Below, in pieces: positions 61,235 through 64,000 of a stretch of DNA of 64,000 nt. The stretch covers positions 270,762 through 334,761 of the forward strand of contig CAWJEL010000010.1 in assembly GCA_963841825.1 (NCBI GenBank), read 5' to 3'. A program made the position numbers and the translations under genes. Numbering within the stretch: the stretch's first letter is position 1; each line of letters starts with the position of its first letter. The DNA is from an uncultured Chloroflexia bacterium (GTDB lineage: Bacteria > Chloroflexota > Anaerolineae > CG2-30-64-16). Under the pieces are notes generated by a model. The model ran no database searches. It was not told the DNA's origin and worked only from the letters and a program-made list of their open reading frames with translations.

Positions 61235-62731
61235 ATGACAATGGCTGCTGCACTGCCCCAACCCTCCAAGAAGAAGTTCTCTTTTCCAACCGCTTTCACG
61301 ATCCTGTTCATCCTGCTCGTTCTGATCGCGCTCGCCACTTGGATTATTCCCGCCGGCTCGTATGATTATAATGCGGACGGTGAACCGATCCCGGGCACCT
61401 ACCATCAGGTGGAATCCAACCCACAGAAGCTGCTGGCCAGCGCGCTCAAGGGGCCGATTAACGGGATGTACGGCATCGAGGACGCCAGCGGCAACGTGGA
61501 TGTCTGGAACTCGGGCGAGTTGTTCGGCGCGATCGATGTCGCCATGTTCGTGCTGATCATCGGCGGCTTCCTGGGTGTGACAATGAAGACCGGCGCGATC
61601 AACGCCGGCATCGCCTGGGTCGTGAGCAGACTCAAGGGCAAAGAGAAGTGGATGTTCCCCATCCTGATGACGATTTTCGCCATCGGCGGCACGAGCTACG
61701 GGATGGCCGAAGAGACACTGGCCTTCTATGCCCTGATCATCACCGTAATGCTGGCGGCCGGTTATGATGGGTTGAGTGCAGGCGCCTTGATTCTGCTGGG
61801 CGCGGGGATCGGCGTGCTGGGCTCCACTGTCAACCCCTTTGCCACTGGTATCGCCTCGGGGTTCGCCGGGACGACCATCAACGAGGGACTGATCGGGCGG
61901 CTGGTCCTCCTGATCGTCGGCACGATCATCGGCATCTTCTTCGTCATGCGCTATGCTGAGAAGGTCAAGAAAGACCCGAGCAAGTCGCTGATCTACGATC
62001 AGAAGGAAGCGAACGAGAAACAGTTCATGTCGGGCAGCACTGAAGGGGCCGATTTCGGCAAGTTCACCGGCCGGCACAAAGTCATCCTCGTCCTGTTCTT
62101 CCTGGCGTTCGTGGTTATGGTCTACGGCGTAATTCCATGGGAAGACCTCGGTATGGCGATTCCCACGTGGTGGTGGTGGTTCCCGGAGATGACGGCGTGT
62201 TTCCTGTTCTTCGGCATCCTGATCGGCATCATCGGCAAGTTGCCGGAGAAGGTCCTGGTCGACACCTTCGTGGACGGTGCGCGGGACATGCTGGGCGTAG
62301 CGTTGATCATCGGCGTGGCGCGCGGCATCACCGTGATCATGAACAACGGCCTGATCACCGACACCGTGCTGTATTGGGCGGAGCAGGCGGTCTCCGGGTT
62401 GAGCAGCGTGGCCTTCATCATCGTCATGTACCTGCTCTATATCCCGTTGTCGTTCCTGATCCCCTCGAGTTCCGGCCTGGCGACGGTGTCGATGCCGATC
62501 ATGGCGCCGCTGGCGCAGTTTTCCGGTGTGCCCAGTTATCTGGTCGTCACCGCGTACCAGGCAGCCAACGGCCTGGTCAACCTGGTCACTCCCACCTCGG
62601 CGGTGGTGATGGGCGGTCTGGCGATCGCCCGGGTGGGCTACGGCGTCTGGCTGCGATTCGTGTTGGTGGTGCTGGCTTTGTTGGTGATTCTCAGCATCCT
62701 GGTACTGGCAGCGGGAGCAGTTCTTGGTTAG
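61235..62731 (+). CDS. YfcC family transporter (DcuC/AbgT-like C4-dicarboxylate anaerobic carrier superfamily)
   Basis: 498 aa, ~12 TM; family-typical blocks GAIDVAMFVLIIGGFLGV, GTSYGMAEETLAFYALII, ATVSMPIMAPLAQ. Confidence 0.8.
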   Translation: MTMAAALPQPSKKKFSFPTAFTILFILLVLIALATWIIPAGSYDYNADGEPIPGTYHQVESNPQKLLASALKGPINGMYGIEDASGNVDVWNSGELFGAIDVAMFVLIIGGFLGVTMKTGAINAGIAWVVSRLKGKEKWMFPILMTIFAIGGTSYGMAEETLAFYALIITVMLAAGYDGLSAGALILLGAGIGVLGSTVNPFATGIASGFAGTTINEGLIGRLVLLIVGTIIGIFFVMRYAEKVKKDPSKSLIYDQKEANEKQFMSGSTEGADFGKFTGRHKVILVLFFLAFVVMVYGVIPWEDLGMAIPTWWWWFPEMTACFLFFGILIGIIGKLPEKVLVDTFVDGARDMLGVALIIGVARGITVIMNNGLITDTVLYWAEQAVSGLSSVAFIIVMYLLYIPLSFLIPSSSGLATVSMPIMAPLAQFSGVPSYLVVTAYQAANGLVNLVTPTSAVVMGGLAIARVGYGVWLRFVLVVLALLVILSILVLAAGAVLG

Positions 62732-62770
62732 GCGTTTACCAGATCGAATTCCGGCCCAAGAAACAAGGAT

Positions 62771-62852
62771 CCACCACCAAGACACCAAGACACGAAGATC
62801 ACTCAGAATTCATCTTTGTGAACTTCGTGCCTTTGAGTCTTTGTGGTGAGGG
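62771..62852 (+). terminator. REP-like palindromic element / terminator downstream of yfcC-like gene (second copy of the 12200-12288 element)
   Basis: ccaccaccaagacaccaagacacgaaga...tctttgtgaacttcgtgcctttgagtctttgtggtgagg alignable to 12203-12288. Confidence 0.5.
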
Positions 62853-63130
62853 CGTGGTTCCGGCTCGTCCGGGCTAGGGTTGGGTGCATTTGAATCCTGG
62901 GGCGAAACGTGCCCTGAGCTTGTCGAAGGGTGCGCCGCACGCCGCTTCGACAAGCTCAGCGAGCGTATCTGGGTCAAATTGAAACACACCCGTTAGTACT
63001 ACAACGACGGATGAATTAAGTACAACAACGTTGCTCCGTGGCGATGATTTGCCTTACGCGTCGCCTGGTTGCATGAGCCTGTTTGGCCTGCTCATTGCGG
63101 CGCTGGGTGGCATGCAGCCAGTCCCATAAC

Positions 63131-64000
63131 TCAGTTTTCGTCCACGTGCGCTGCGGCAGCAGTTGCCGCAAGACCCGCGTAAGCTGTGGGCGCGTAATCT
63201 GGGGCAGATTTTTCCCCCCAGTCCTGCTGCAGACTCAGTAGGAAGGCGCCGGCCAGTAAAGCCATGGTGATGTGATGGTGCCAGCCTTGCCAGCTCCGAA
63301 CTTCATACTCGTCCAGACCGGTTTCGCCTTTCTCGGTCTGGAACTCGGTTTCGACCGGCCAACGCCACGCACTGACCTGCGCCAGCGTCAGCAAGGGGGT
63401 CTCCGGCGCCGCATTGGACAAGTAGGGCTTGAGGTCACTGCCGTCCAGATTGCGGCGGCACAGCAACCAACTTGCGCGTCCCGGCAGCCCGTCCCGGCTC
63501 TCCCACACCCGCAGCGCCGCAAACTGATACTGGCGTGGCCCCTGGGCGCCTTCGGCCACCGTCAGGGTCTGCCAGGCCGCCGCCGGCAGACCGTTGGCGA
63601 CACTGACGACGTTCTGCGGTGTGGGCTCGCCGGCCACCAACTGCGGCTGCGTGGGTTTCCGGCCGTGGCCCGTCCACTCGGGCACCGCCGTTTGGGCCCA
63701 CTGCGTGAACACCGCATGGTTGCTGGGCACTTCCACGACGTAGCGCCACTGGTCTGTAGCCAACGCATCCCGAAAACTCGGCACTTCGCCATAGCCCGCA
63801 TCGGCCGTCAGCCAGTCACCGGGCAGATGCGAGCCCGCCCGAGCCCGACGCAACATTGCCAAGGCCAGATCCGCCTTGCTTTGGTAGGCGACGTCTGCGG
63901 GAACCCCCGCCGCCCGGCAGCGCTCCCGGTCCGCCGTCCAGGCCGCCGGCAGATACAGCGCTTTATCGACCAAGGCGTGCCCGTGTTCCGAGACATAGGC
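63131..64000 (-). CDS. IS701-like (DDE) transposase, C-terminal portion; N-terminus beyond window end
   Basis: C-terminal motif WRWPVETEFQTEKGETGLDEYEVRSWQGWHHHITMALLAGAF typical of IS701/IS4-related DDE transposases. Confidence 0.7.
   Translation of the reverse strand, partial: AYVSEHGHALVDKALYLPAAWTADRERCRAAGVPADVAYQSKADLALAMLRRARAGSHLPGDWLTADAGYGEVPSFRDALATDQWRYVVEVPSNHAVFTQWAQTAVPEWTGHGRKPTQPQLVAGEPTPQNVVSVANGLPAAAWQTLTVAEGAQGPRQYQFAALRVWESRDGLPGRASWLLCRRNLDGSDLKPYLSNAAPETPLLTLAQVSAWRWPVETEFQTEKGETGLDEYEVRSWQGWHHHITMALLAGAFLLSLQQDWGEKSAPDYAPTAYAGLAATAAAAHVDEN

Overview
High-GC (about 65% by eye) bacterial chromosomal segment, densely coding on both strands. No rRNA, tRNA or CRISPR array was recognised by eye.

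**Left third (1-14.9 kb), ordinary metabolic genes:** a URO-D-like and an MttB-family methyltransferase, an SDR, an M20 peptidase, a NagB-like protein, citrate synthase, a molybdopterin oxidoreductase with a Zn-ADH, a DegT aminotransferase and a LacI regulator. A DUF4143 AAA+ ATPase gene sits next to gltA, flanked by a roughly 140-bp direct duplication of the gltA 3' end plus terminator.

**15.0-18.4 kb, nested insertion sequences:** an intact single-ORF IS66-family element (22-bp perfect TIRs, 8-bp TSD) is inserted into the terminus of a decayed IS50/Tn5-like IS4-family element.

**18.6-56 kb, accessory region rich in sulfur-scavenging and ion-transport genes:**
- sulfatase 3' remnant, pgl, rpiA;
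- radical-SAM anaerobic sulfatase-maturating enzyme and a Cys-type arylsulfatase;
- DszB-like desulfinase homolog and a rhodanese;
- three SulP/STAS permease paralogs;
- NhaP, ClC, a TMEM175-like channel, a BASS transporter;
- a pentameric ligand-gated ion channel with two N-terminal PPC-like domains;
- a lipid cluster (alpha/beta hydrolase, WS/DGAT, ABC1 kinase).

**Most unusual:** three paralogous MalT-like STAND/LuxR regulators are each paired with a conserved ~90-aa protein. In two copies a conserved three-gene tail follows: a 143-aa DUF, an Arg/Gln/Pro-rich SHOCT-domain protein and a small membrane protein. This is a segmentally duplicated cassette of unknown function.

**Also noted:** a small ORF encoding five tandem GPNPPGPVGGVGR repeats; a family of CCAC/GTGG-rich terminator-like palindromes; and more than 20 apparent indel frameshifts in otherwise conserved genes, most plausibly assembly errors.
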